Positions 51,161-63,904 are shown, numbered from the whole stretch's first letter. The stretch is DNA of 63,904 nt, filler included, from Octopus bimaculoides (GCF_001194135.2; 3 parts of 2 records of this genome joined end to end with filler, not necessarily neighbours in it), one strand, 5' to 3'. Program-made: numbers and translations. The notes: generated by a model not told the origin, from the letters alone.

Positions 51161-52234
51161 TGATGCCACCCTGATGGCAAGGTGAGCAAGCCAGCACTCC
51201 CCCTCATCGGAAGGCCGTGCAGACATACATATAAGAACACGTAAGTTTATATGAATTCAAGTATTATGTACATGCATGGTGTGTTTGCGTCCCCGTAACT
51301 AGACGGTTCTGCAAAATGAACCGATAAGATATGTAACAGGCTGTAAAAAAATTGGCAAGTACTGAGGACGAGTTGTTCAAGTAAAATTCTTCCAGGCGGC
51401 TTTCTAGGATGGCCGCATTCTAATGACTGAAATAGGTGAAAGCTAAAAGAATGCGCAACACATCGCAACAAAATGATTACCCCCTGATAATCTGGTGTGG
51501 TCCTGCATTTCGTTGCACTTGGACGATCCAATAGAGAGGTTTATATAACCACAAAAGTGAAACAGATGTAAAGAACAAGTGATATAAAATTGTTTATCAT
51601 GACTTCTCCACATTTGCTGTATACATCATATCTAGTAATACTATTAAGTACAGTAAAACCGCACAACTACATTGGAAGCAGAATGGATTCTCTACGTGGA
51701 ATACTATGCTCATCGGTAGCGTTCGTACGTCTACATCCATGCATAAGATATAAGATAAAATTTAATTCATACACGCACATACTCACACGTAGACACAAGC
51801 ACGAGCACGGACACACCCACATAGACACATATGGTTTAATGTATTTATGAACTAGCAATAGTTTCATATGTTGGAGACGTGAGTTAGGCAGGTTTTGTAT
51901 AATACACCTGTTGAGCTTACCTTGACGAAAACGTAAACTATATATGTGTGTGCATGTGTGTGAATATACATGTGTGTCTATGTGTGTGACATCGCGTGCG
52001 TGTACTCATACACCTACGTACAAGTCTATTTACGTTCATACACCGGAAGTCAATTACGGCATATGTATATATGCGTGCGTGTATGTGTAGGCGGCAAGAA
52101 AACAGGTGATAAGAATGGGAATATATATGTTAATCAGTAACACCAATGCGTTATTCATATGTATATTGTCTTTCAATATTCTTCCTCTTCATAATAAATC
52201 CATTATTTACCTCCGTGTGTTTTACATATATACT

Positions 52235-52273
<39 letters not shown>

Positions 52274-52868
52274 TCTCCGTATGTATGCCTGTATATGTGG
52301 CATGTTTGCGTGTGTATGCATTTATGTATGTATACATAACTATGCTTAAAAGTGCTTTTCTTTCTTCAATTTATAAATATATGTGTACGCATCTATATAT
52401 TATTTATTACACATTGATACGTATTTACANNNNNNNNNNGTTAAATGTACTGAAATACAGAGAACAGTGAACAATGGAAAATGAAAAAAAATATCTATTC
52501 GTTTTCAATATATTGTTGCTTGAAATAAATTTAGTTCCATAAGTAAGATTTATGTTATAAATATGAATTTTATGCACACAAAATAACTAGTACATGAACA
52601 CTGAACTAGTGTATAGTTCTGATTAGCTCTTTCATTAAATGCATGCATAAATACCTATTTTGAATGTATATAAATACATACATACATACATGCATACATA
52701 TATACACTCTCACATATATGCATAAATACATACATACGCATATACTCAAATGCATTATATATATAAGATATAATTATGAATATACATACACACGAATATA
52801 TAGATATACTTCCATACATATACATGCAAATATGTGTGTGTGTGTGTGTGTGTGTGTAGATTGATAGT

Positions 52869-52948
<80 letters not shown>

Positions 52949-52975
52949 CAGACAGAAGTCTGACAGACAAACAAT

Positions 52976-53049
<74 letters not shown>

Positions 53050-53066
53050 CATACATAGATAGTCAT

Positions 53067-53098
<32 letters not shown>

Positions 53099-54358
53099 TA
53101 AGATAGATATATAGATAAATTAAATGTTCTTGACTATATATAATTTGAAATAAATACACAAATATTCATGTTTACATCATACTGTATGCATACATTCTTA
53201 CACACACACTCATAAACCAGCCCAACAGATATATTTAGGTAAATACAACAAACATTCGATATATTTGCAATCCATGATTGTCAACGTCTGACCGTTTCGT
53301 ACTGGGAGCCAATTGACGAAGGGGAGATAAGTTCTATGGTTACTTACAGATGGTGTAGGACACAGCTACAATTTCACCATCTCTGAGTCTGTCCGTTTGT
53401 GAGAGAAATTTTTAGTATTGGTAATGTAACTACATTTCTGTTGTTTCCACTGTGTAACTTCACTTTTTGATGGATTTTATATTTTATTTCCATATTTATA
53501 CTCAATTCGTTTACGCAGATTCGAGGCACAACTTCACCTTTAGGAAAGCTGTGTGTTCATAACAGACTTGATTCATTTGATTCATTTGTATATGGAATTC
53601 TTGGACACCAGTATTATAGGCTTCGTTGAGTCTCGTTAGTCAGAAGCATCTCAGGATTAACGAATCTAACTAGAGTTGATGCTCGTTTATAATCTTAGCC
53701 AACGAACTGTTTACTAATCCGTGCAGATATCTGTCCACCAATAACAAATAGTCATATGCATGGTGAACAGCAAGAACGAAAATGATGACTTGCATAGTTC
53801 CACCTTCCGGCATATTCATACATGAATATGCTAAGCACTCGTGTTCGGTACAGAATAATAATTCCTTTTAACGACGAATACACATTCATAACGCCCTCGA
53901 TTCATTAGCGCAAGGGAGTCTAAGACAGCCACTTCGACATTACTGTTGTAGAATCTAGTCCTGTATCTTGATGACAGTTTTGTGATCTTGACCACTATGC
54001 ATTGATGCCCAGTTCTTGTCTTTGTGTACCTGTCGTTAGCTTCGCTACACTTTCATTGCTTGAAACCTCCTCTGATATATCGAATTTGATAAAAGAAGGA
54101 GTTTGGTGTCGCTGTCCTCATTTGCGTTTTTTTTGTTTTTTTTTTTGCTACGAGGTAAGCTTATCGTGAATTGTAGACAGTAGAAGACACCTTCATCCAC
54201 TCATTCAGTGAGGTCTCAAGACTTTTAGAATGACGTTGAATAGTTTCTGGTCCTTGAAACCGAAGCTGCTACAGTATCTGGTCTTGTATCTTGATGGTGG
54301 TTTTGGAATCTTTGGCACAATGCACTGGTGCCCGGCTCTGGTCTTCGTGTAACTTTAA

Positions 54359-54389
<31 letters not shown>

Positions 54390-54822
54390 TGTATGTATGT
54401 ATGTATGTATTTATGTATGTATGTATGCATGTATGTGCATATGTCATTATTCAATTTTATTTCAATATTTCTTGCCAATAGAGAAAGAGTCGGTTTCTAA
54501 CCTAGATCCAAGGCTCCTACATTGGAATTTCAACATAAACAACAGGGTATGTATGAATGAATGTATGTATGCATTTATATGTGCATATTTGTATGTTTTT
54601 TTATGTATGTATTCTCATGCATATAGCTGCATGTCTAGACATGCTCATATATGTTTAAATGATAAACTTCTGGAAAGTTTTACAGATTTTTTGCAGTTCC
54701 AGTGACGGATTGGATCTGTAGTCTTGGAATCAGCTTTCTTCTGGTTTTGAGAAGCCTAATTGTATGTATGTATGCATGTATGTACGTATGTATGTATGTA
54801 TGTATGTATGCATAACAACATA

Positions 54823-55040
54823 CGCGGGGAGTGCTGAAAAGTTCCTGGCTTTAAGGGTATCACGAAAGGCGAAGCTGGAGGCCCAACCTTCCAAGGTCAT
54901 TTACAGGGCTTAGAAAAACTGTAGGACCTCTACAAAAAGTGTATGAATCTGAGAGGGGAATATGTTGGATAAAATCATAAATCACTGATCCTCCTCTATT
55001 TTCTTTTACTCAAAGTCACGAACCTTTCAGCACTCATTCG
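54823..55040 (+). mobile_element. Internally deleted mariner (MITE) retaining the transposase C-terminus
   Basis: TA flanks at 54821-22 and 55041-42; TIR gagtgctgaaaagttcctggcttt / aaagtcacgaacctttcagcactc; internal GLEKL*DLYKKCMNLRGEYVG* matches the mariner end GIxKLxxRWxKCxxxxGxYV. Confidence 0.85.
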
Positions 55041-55428
55041 TATATTTATATGTCAGTCACAACACCATTAATTAGAAATACAGACTTGTACATTTTATTC
55101 TTGTATTTCAATGAGAAATATCAAGATATATTCGAACAAAGGATACTCTCAAAGCCACCTTAAACTTTTACATTCAGAGATAAGGTCTTCTTATGTTTAA
55201 GTAGATTTTCATTGGTGGGTTCATATTTCACAAATACAGCATAAGTTAACATATTTAAGTAACAGCCCATTGGTAAATCCGGTAACATCTAGTGTCCAGC
55301 GCATCATGTATTAACTATATCCTGTACAACTTCAGCTGTATTATACTAATGGCTGCTGGTGAGATAACATTATTAGCGATCTACGTTCAGGATGTGAGAG
55401 TCTAACGAAGAAAGTTGGTCTTAATTAC

Positions 55429-55557
55429 CTTTGAAAATCTGATAACTGGAACCACATTTAAAGTGTTAAGCCCTTTCTTCATAATAGATTTTTCACCTGT
55501 ATTATCATGGAACATTGGTTCAAGATAATTTCCGTTGAATAATGGTTTATCATTGAT
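55429..55557 (-). CDS. Candidate internal coding exon (phase 0-0) of an unidentified host gene
   Basis: Acceptor ttaatctttgatcacag, donor AAG|gtaatt, 129 nt = 43 codons with no stop: INDKPLFNGNYLEPMFHDNTGEKSIMKKGLNTLNVVPVIRFSK; not seen elsewhere in the window. Confidence 0.5.
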
Positions 55558-55689
55558 CTGTGATCAAAGATTAAATTTTATTAGGAATTATTTGCTAATC
55601 ACACCATTCCAGGGTTTGACAATAGAATATCAACAGCCTAAACCAATTCAGTTGAAATCTATCATCACCATCACCATCACTATCAATCT

Positions 55690-56437
55690 TCTACTTCTTC
55701 TTCATTCTTCCTCCTCCTTCTTCTTCTTCTTCTTCTTCTTCTTTCATCCTCCTCCTCCTTCTTCTTTTCTTCTTTTTCTTTTTTCTTCTTCTTTGTCTTC
55801 TTCTTCTTTTTCTTTTTTCTTCTTCTTCGTCTTCTTCTTCTTTTTCTGCTTCTTCTTCTTTCTTCCTCCTCCTCCTCCTTCTTCTTCTTCTACTTCTTCT
55901 GCTTCTACTTCTTTCTTCCTCCTCCTCCTTCTTCTGCTTCTTCTTCTTCTTTCTTCCTCCTCCTCCCCCTTCTTCTTCTGCTTCTTCTTCTTCTTCTTCT
56001 TCTTCTTCTTCTTTCTTCCTCCTCCTCCTCCTCCTCCTTCTTCTTCTTCTGCTTCTTCTTCTGCTTCTTCTTCTGCTTCTTCTTCTGCTTCTTCTTCTGC
56101 TTCTTCTTCTTTCTTCCTCCTCCTCCCCCTTCTTCTTCTTCTGCTTCTTCTTCTGCTTCTTGTTCTTTCTTCCTCCTCCTCCCCCTTCTTCCGCTTCTGC
56201 TTCCTGTCTTCTTCTTCTGCTTCTTCTTCTTTCTTCTTCCTCCTCCTCCTCCTCCTTACTCTTCTTCTTCTGCTTCATCTTCTTTCTTCCTCCTCCACCT
56301 CCTCCTCCTTACACTTCTTCTTCTGCTTCTTCTTCTTTCTTCCTCCTCCTCCTCCTCCTTCTTCTTCTGCTTCTTCTTCTTTCTCCCTCCTCCTCCTCCT
56401 CCTCCTTACTCTTCTTCTTCTGCTTCCTGTCTTTCTT
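55690..56437. repeat. About 750-bp polypyrimidine (CTT/CCT/CTG)n compound tract with internally duplicated blocks
   Basis: Direct reading; runs into a gap, followed by a (TG)-rich tract at 57117-57470. Confidence 0.95.
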
Positions 56438-57561
56438 NNNNNNNNNNNNNNNNNNNNNNNNNNNNNNNNNNNNNNNNNNNNNNNNNNNNNNNNNNNNNNN
56501 NNNNNNNNNNNNNNNNNNNNNNNNNNNNNNNNNNNNNNNNNNNNNNNNNNNNNNNNNNNNNNNNNNNNNNNNNNNNNNNNNNNNNNNNNNNNNNNNNNNN
56601 NNNNNNNNNNNNNNNNNNNNNNNNNNNNNNNNNNNNNNNNNNNNNNNNNNNNNNNNNNNNNNNNNNNNNNNNNNNNNNNNNNNNNNNNNNNNNNNNNNNN
56701 NNNNNNNNNNNNNNNNNNNNNNNNNNNNNNNNNNNNNNNNNNNNNNNNNNNNNNNNNNNNNNNNNNNNNNNNNNNNNNNNNNNNNNNNNNNNNNNNNNNN
56801 NNNNNNNNNNNNNNNNNNNNNNNNNNNNNNNNNNNNNNNNNNNNNNNNNNNNNNNNNNNNNNNNNNNNNNNNNNNNNNNNNNNNNNNNNNNNNNNNNNNN
56901 NNNNNNNNNNNNNNNNNNNNNNNNNNNNNNNNNNNNNNNNNNNNNNNNNNNNNNNNNNNNNNNNNNNNNNNNNNNNNNNNNNNNNNNNNNNNNNNNNNNN
57001 NNNNNNNNNNNNNNNNNNNNNNNNNNNNNNNNNNNNNNNNNNNNNNNNNNNNNNNNNNNNNNNNNNNNNNNNNNNNNNNNNNNNNNNNNNNNNNNNNNNN
57101 NNNNNNNNNNNNNNNGTATGTGTGTGTGTTTGTGTGTGTATGTGTGAGTGAGTGTGTGTGTGTTTGTGTATGTGGGTGTGAGTGTGTGTGAGTGTTTGAG
57201 TGTGTGTGTGTGTGTTTGCGTGTGTGTATTAGTGTATGTGTGAGTTTGTTTGTGTGAGTGAGTGACTGTGCGTTTGTTTGTGTGTGTGTGTGTGTGCATG
57301 TGTGCGTGTGTGTGTGTGCGTGTTCGTGTGCGTGTGTGAGTGTTCGCGTGTGTTTGTGTGTGAGTGTGTGTGTGTTTGTGTGTGAGTATGTGTGTGTGTG
57401 TGAATGTGAGTGTGTTTTCACGTGTGTGAGCCTGTGTGTGTTCGTGTGTGCTTGTGTGTGCCCGTGTGTATGCGTTGTAGTCCCTGGAGTACAAAAGAGA
57501 TGGCTCTGAACTTATAAATGTTTTTGCTGTACCTATCAATTCAACATGGATGTTAACCGTA

Positions 57562-57814
57562 TTAGGCGTAGCTGGATGGTAAGAAGCTTGCTTCCCAACC
57601 GAATAGTTCAGGGTTCAATCCCACTGCACAGAACCTTGGGCAAGTGTCTTCCACGGTAGCCTCGGGCTGATCAAACATTTGTGAGTGGATTTGGCAGTAG
57701 AGAGAAACTGAAAGAAGCCCGTCGTCTACATGTGTGTGTGAGAGAGAGAGAGAGAAAGAAAGAGAGATAGAGAGAGAAAGAGAAAGAGAGATAGAGAAAG
57801 AGAGAGAGGGAAAT

Positions 57815-57846
<32 letters not shown>

Positions 57847-57930
57847 TGTGTGTGTGTGTGTGTGTGCGTGTTTGCGCGCGCTTGTCCTCTCACCACCGCT
57901 TGATAACTGGTACTGGTGTGTCTACGTCCT
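57562..57930 (+). mobile_element. Family B SINE with a (GA)n/(TG)n centre and a truncated tail
   Basis: Head ggcgtagctggatggtaagaagcttgcttcccaacc...; tail start cttgtcctctcaccaccgcttgataactgg. Confidence 0.8.
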
Positions 57931-59249
57931 CTAACTCAAACAGCATCCAGTTCGTTGTCGCTATTGTGGTTCCCTTTTCAGTCCCCTTTTACAGCACGCA
58001 GGGATTACGTGGGGGTGGGTTCTTTTAAAGTCCCATCTCCAGGCTTGAACTCTACGATTACATGAGAGATAATATAGGAATATATACAAACGTCCATCAG
58101 TTGTTTTTAAGATGCAACATGATAAAATTACTGAAAAAAAAAACAAAAAAAAACAAAGCAAGACGCATTCAAACAAATTTCTTTTTTTGTCAAAAAACCT
58201 TCACATAATACGTTTGGAAATACTTTTTTTTATCACTACAGCTGATAAAAAAAAGATACTATTTTCCCAAACGCACTCTGGTGTGTTTTTCCTGCTATTT
58301 CTTCATCCGTTTCGATAATAGGTTGTCTGCAGTTTATAGCAAATTTGTAGTCATGAAGAAATTCACACTAAGTTGGTATTAGTTAAAATATGAAGCATAG
58401 CGATTCCGTGAAGAAATGCCATTAACACTCTGGCTAGACAATGATTAATTCTCTTTAGACAATATCTTTTATCCACAATCCAATAGTAAAACATGATTGG
58501 AGTACAGATAGACATAACAAGTTGTTCTCACTACATGTGATAGATTAGGTTTTCTTGATATACTGGCTTTTATTGTTTATTGTTTATTCTTTATTCTTTG
58601 CATTCAATCTGCAAAGGGAAAACAAAATAGTTGCTGGATTATTTTTCGCAGTTTTTTTTTCTTTTTCCTTTTACATTTCAATTTGTTTTGTTTTTGTTTT
58701 TTTCCTTTTCTTTCTCAGGAATTTCCAATTATATTCTTGTGGCATTACACAGTATTATGTCTGGTCTTGAAAATGTCAGATGGAAGTTTGATTGAGTTTA
58801 ATTGTTCTCATATTAGACTGTTAAAAGCTTGTTACAAGGGAGAAGAAGAAAGGAACATGTTAGTTTGAAATTTATGTTTTCTCTGTTATGGCAACATTTA
58901 TTACCAATATAGTTTGAGAAATATCCATTTAAGACCACAAACATGAACATTTTATTGTTTTTACTATCGTCTTCTTTGAATTTAGTAACATTTTTTGTTA
59001 CTTTTTCTGTCCATTGCTAAAAATTTCTTATAAATACTTTCTGACATTCTCCGAATCCTAGTAAGGAAAAAATTGTTTTACAATTCACTTCTATGGTGTA
59101 TGTTTGAAATTGAACAGATTAATGAAAGAAATATTTGCATGCAACACACAAACTTCAATTTTATTGGCATAGAAGAAATAATAGCCATGACGTTGACCGC
59201 ACAAGTTAATTTCTCACCAGACAAACTGGTAATATTTTGGGGTTGCTTA

Positions 59250-59490
59250 GGGGGTTACAGTGTTACATTCTCAATTGCAGGTTCATGGTTTCGAATTCCA
59301 GATCGAGTTGTACGTTGTGTGCTTGCAAAAATTACTTCATCTCATTTGTCGCTAGTCTTTTCAGCTGTAAAGGAGAAGCCCTGCGACGGACTGACGTCTC
59401 TTTCAAGAAGTATTCTGTGATCTTGCGCCTTTACACACCGCAGAAACCAAGTAACCGGCCCTTTGAGACCCAAGACACGGGAAAGTAATG
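59250..59490 (+). mobile_element. Old degraded tRNA/CORE-type SINE
   Basis: B-box-like tttcgaattcc, CORE-like gtgtgcttgcaaaaattactt...cagctgtaaa, then gccctgcgacggactgacgtc...cagaaacc. Confidence 0.45.
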
Positions 59491-60783
59491 CCTACAGGAT
59501 GATGATAAGGATGATGGTTAGTAGCATTGGTTATATATTTCTACTGTCCGTTTTCAAATACCCCGAAATAGGACTTAACCTTTTATCCTTTCATAGTGGA
59601 TAATAAATACAACTTCAGGACGGTGGTTTGGTAGCATAGTGGAGTTGCTTCAGCACCGGTGAGCTGCCTTGCAGTGACTATTTTACCTGCATTTATTTTG
59701 AGTTCAAAACACCATCCAATGATATCAAACCCAGCAGACCTCAGGACCACAATTAACTACTAAACCTACAATGGGAGAAGCAAAATAATTCTGGTCGTCT
59801 TTTTGCTGTAGTCAAAATGCGATGACTGACCCACAAACCTCTCTGTCGCATGTTTGAAAGAAAATAAAATGGCTGAATATAGTTCATGTTCTACTTCTAA
59901 ATTTTTCTATACCTGATATACACACTGTAGGGAATTAGTTCCTAGCTTATATTTGTTGTCATAACAACACAGGACTGGGTATAAAAATGTAAATTTGATA
60001 TACACTTATTAAACTGTCACACTAAGTTTCTAGCAACACAAATACCGTCACAAATTGAAATAAATCTTAGAATAGGTAGACCAGTTACCATTTGAAAGCA
60101 GAACTTCCTCCATCGAACCAACGACATTGCGGTGGTGTATACATTTGTAGGTATGTGAGTGCACATAAGTATATATTTATATATATATATATAAATATTT
60201 CCGTATTAGGTTTGCAAGACTGTTTGCGTTTTTATCTAATACACATCGGTGCGATTTGAACGTTCTACGTTCAAATTGAATCGTACTGAATTTTACTTTT
60301 GCTTTTCATCCCTCATTCGGCGTCCATAAAGTAAAGAGCCAGTCGAGTACTGGCTAGAGAATAATACAGATCATGTATAAAAAGATAAGTACTATAAAGG
60401 TGTATTCATTACTTTGTAGAAAATATATTAATAGCCATGATAGGAAATTGCGACTGAGGTTACTTCATAAGCAGCCGCGGCTTTCGAAACACAAAACAGC
60501 TAACAATAACTTGAGACAATAGCAGAAAAATGAACATATATTATGACAACAATCTATTTTAATTTCTTGTTTTCTAAAACAAAATCTTCAACAAAATATT
60601 CTGAGGACCGAGTGATATGAAAGAACGTTAATGAAATTCAAAACAAAATAAATTTCTAAGCAAAAGTTGTTATATCTATCAACTTGCTTCTTTTGTGACT
60701 TGCTTTGTTTTTCAATTCCCTTTTAACATCTGATAATTCGAAGTCAAAATGAAAACAAAATAGTAATGATGATGATGATGATG

Positions 60784-60853
<70 letters not shown>

Positions 60854-61194
60854 CAACAATAATAATATAACAGTTATAAACAAAGTTCAAAAGAAACCAC
60901 CATCGCAGACAAACAATACATAGGAAAAAACAATTCATCAACGATTATAATATTATTCAGTAATATATAAGACTCTACCGCTATGGGTCATATGTGTGTA
61001 TATGTGTGTATGTGTGTGTCTACATACATTAAATAATTTACATATCTTTTATATACATACATTAACATACATATGCCTGTGTACATTTATATACACTGAA
61101 TTATATATAGGTGCGCGCAAACGCCGATACTTAATATTTTAACATTACATACATGTACAGAGATAAATAGTGGGAAAATATTTCAAGTATTCAA

Positions 61195-61236
<42 letters not shown>

Positions 61237-61574
61237 ATATATATGGATTTTGTATATTTGTGTACACATATGACTGTTGATAATTCTATATCAATATACA
61301 TATATATACATAAATGCACNNNNNNNNNNNNNNNNNNNNNNNNNNNNNNNNNNNNNNNNNNNNNNNNNNNNNNNNNNNNNNNNNNNNNNNNNNNNNNNNN
61401 NNNNNNNNNNNNNNNNNNNNNNNNNNNNNNNNNNNNNNNNNNNNNNNNNNNNNNNNNNNNNNNNNNNNNNNNNNNNNNNNNNNNNNNNNNNNNNNNNNNN
61501 NNNNNNNNNNNNNNNNNNNNNNNNNNNNNNNNNNNNNNNNNNNNNNNNNNNNNNNNNNNNNNNNNNNNNNNNNN

Positions 61575-61609
<35 letters not shown>

Positions 61610-61618
61610 ACATATATA

Positions 61619-61653
<35 letters not shown>

Positions 61654-61669
61654 GTATGTACATGTTTGT

Positions 61670-61905
61670 GTGTCTGTGTTTGTCCCTCCAGCATTGATTG
61701 ACAACCGATGGTACTGTGTTTACGTCCACGTAACATAGCCGTTCGAGAAAAGTGACCGATAGAATAAGGAATAAGTCCTGGGGTCGATTTGCTCGACTAA
61801 AGGCGGTGCTCCAGCATGGCCTCAGTCAAATGAGTGAAACAAGTGGGACTGAACCCGGAACCACGTGGTTGGTAAGCAAGCTACTTACGGCACAGTCACT
61901 CCGGT
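61670..61905. mobile_element. Family B tail (+) fused directly to a family B head fragment (-)
   Basis: The tail ends ...gagtgaaacaag at about 61842 and continues into tgggactgaacccggaaccacgtggttggtaagc. Confidence 0.75.
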
Positions 61906-62045
61906 GCTGATATATATATATTATGAAATGAAAAGAGAAATACACAAGGAAAGTATCTGACGCTCTTAATTGAAATAGAGCTAATCGAATATTGTTTTTC
62001 TTGTGGTGGTAGTGGGGGGGGGGTTTATTCACAACGATGATGATA

Positions 62046-62084
<39 letters not shown>

Positions 62085-62574
62085 CTGATGCTGATGATGA
62101 AGATGCTTGTAGTTTTGCCACTGTGTGTGTGTGTGTGTGTGTGTCTGTGGGCGATCTATATTATATTTTCTTTAAGATAGTTACTAACAAAATTTCGTAG
62201 ATAACTTAAAAGAAAAACGAAGAGCCAAGTCTTACACTCTCATCTCACATCAGAGCGAACGACTTCCCAGCTCTTCTTTCATTTTATCTTGAACTGTGCA
62301 TACATTTATATTGTCTGTATGTTGTGAAGAACCATTTCATCTCTCTACACTACTTCTATATTACGCCCTACACAAAACAGAAACAATACACACACACACA
62401 CACACACACATACACACGCACACACACACACACACGTAAGCACATACATACACACAAGCACACACACATACACATATATATTAGTATATTTGCGATTATT
62501 CTTTTATTTGTTCAAGTCATTTGATTACGGCCATAATAAGACTCAGTTTCGGATGTTGGAGCGTTGTTGTTTTT

Positions 62575-62645
62575 GTCTTAATAACTGATGAGATGCCGGA
62601 TCAGGCTTCAGCCCCGACATCCGAAACTCTGAGTTTTATTATGAC
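62575..62645 (+). ncRNA. Type I hammerhead ribozyme motif
   Basis: GUCUUAAUAA-CUGAUGA-gaugccgg...ccgacauc-C-GAAA-C-UCUGA-GUU-UUAUUAUGAC: 10-bp stem I with one U.U mismatch, intact core, long stem II (register off by one near G10.1/C11.1), minimal stem III, predicted cleavage after 62635. Confidence 0.75.
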
Positions 62646-63904
62646 AACTAACTGATTGCCCTATATTCATAGAATAAATTCCTCTATTTACATAATATCG
62701 AGGTCTCATTCATTTTTTTTTGTCATATTATTATTAATATATATATATATATATACATATTAAATTTTGTTATAGGGCTTCGACTGAATCAATACACAGC
62801 AACACGTAGGCCACAGGTATGGCTACGTTAGTTGGTATTGGCGTCACAGTCAGGTAAAGAATATTAGAAATAGAAATAGAAATAGAAAAATTCTTGGTCG
62901 AGTAGAGTATAGATGAAAATGAAGACTACTGTAAAACTTGTCAAAATATCAATATAATGTTATACGCTTTCATTACATTAATACTTATAGATAGTTTGTG
63001 GATGTTTCTTGTATTATGTACATCAATTCTAGCCTAACTATTAAACATCACAAGACTTGTCTTATGAAAGACGATGAAGTTCGGTTTCATGATCTCTTAT
63101 CTTAATGTTAGGATCTTTTAAAAGTTGCAAAATATTGCTTCTTCAATAGAATGAATAGAGAGAAAATATCTCTGGAATATTTAGGTATTGAAAATAAATG
63201 ACCACGAAATTTGTTAGGAACATAAATAATAAAAGTTATTCTATCAAATGTACTCATTGTACGGGGGATGTTCTTGCCAGGCAAATGTTTTGATCTGAAT
63301 GCGTGTATTGAAGCTAAAATAATTCCGGCAAGGAAAACACATATTGGCCATTTAAAAACACACAAAGCTGTTAACTTCACTTGGACCTGGTTTCTAATAC
63401 GCAGTGCAAACGAGGATGTGACCAGATTGCACTCGGTGCGACGAAGATTTTGAGAAGAAATAATAAATGTTCAAATGAAGTTAGTTGGGTTTTCTTTTTC
63501 TCTGTGTGTGCGTGATTTTTATTTTATTTTTAATGGCTGCTGTAGTTATCCTTATTCAAATTCTATTGTGTTTTAAACTCAAAGAAATATAGCATAAAGA
63601 TCTAACTAGCATGCAGATTAAACATGCAGATATAGGTGGTAACTTCTGACGTGATTCATTAGTCTCCTTGATTAATATATAACACCCTACTAAAAGAAGA
63701 ATTGTGTTACACTATGATAGCCTATATTCGAATATGACATGGTCACACCATTGAAAGTTATTTTTGAAGTATGATGTAAATTTATAATACCACTGTTTAT
63801 ATAGAATATTGGTGACCCTATGGAATATTATTCCCTTTGAACATATCCAGAATTATGTAAATATATATATATATTTATATAATATATGTATATATATATA
63901 TATA

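Noticed and set aside
55535-57539. Long ORFs of 340-538 aa
   Set aside because: Composed of CTT/CCT and TG repeats and N runs.
58720-59230. Plus-strand exon candidates (GISNYILVALHSIMSGLENVRWKFD; INERNICMQHTNFNFIGIEEII...)
   Set aside because: One or both splice sites are weak, the antisense frame is also open, and they are not recognisable or chainable.
9858-61738. ORF-track entries rich in YI, CV, HT, MYVC, LS or X
   Set aside because: Translations of di- and tetranucleotide microsatellites and assembly gaps.
63108-63453. ORFs with signal-peptide-like hydrophobic stretches
   Set aside because: Non-ATG starts, overlapping open frames on both strands, no recognisable motif.

Overview
AT-rich, repeat-saturated eukaryotic DNA from a draft assembly with many N gaps. 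The SINE/LINE/microsatellite landscape looks like an octopus (cephalopod) genome; this is recognition from memory, not a database result. No complete host gene can be supported. The best candidate is one clean 43-codon splice-bounded exon on the minus strand (55429-55557). Almost all ORF-track entries are microsatellite or gap artefacts, or transposon remnants. Supported content: several tRNA-headed SINE families (dozens of copies); non-LTR remnants of RTE, R4/Dong-like, L2, CRE-like and Penelope-like elements; a Helitron Rep fragment and a HINE-like element; a decayed Tc1; mariner, hAT and Merlin-like MITEs; a possible solo LTR; a higher-order minisatellite; and two synthetic 100-bp assembly spacers. 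The most notable signal is a set of type I hammerhead ribozyme motifs from three unrelated sequence families (10521-10563 and 10822-10864; 36213-36247; 62575-62645). Two of these loci also carry an adjacent inverted copy that can pair with the catalytic core. Many coordinates of decayed elements are approximate (about +/-20 bp).
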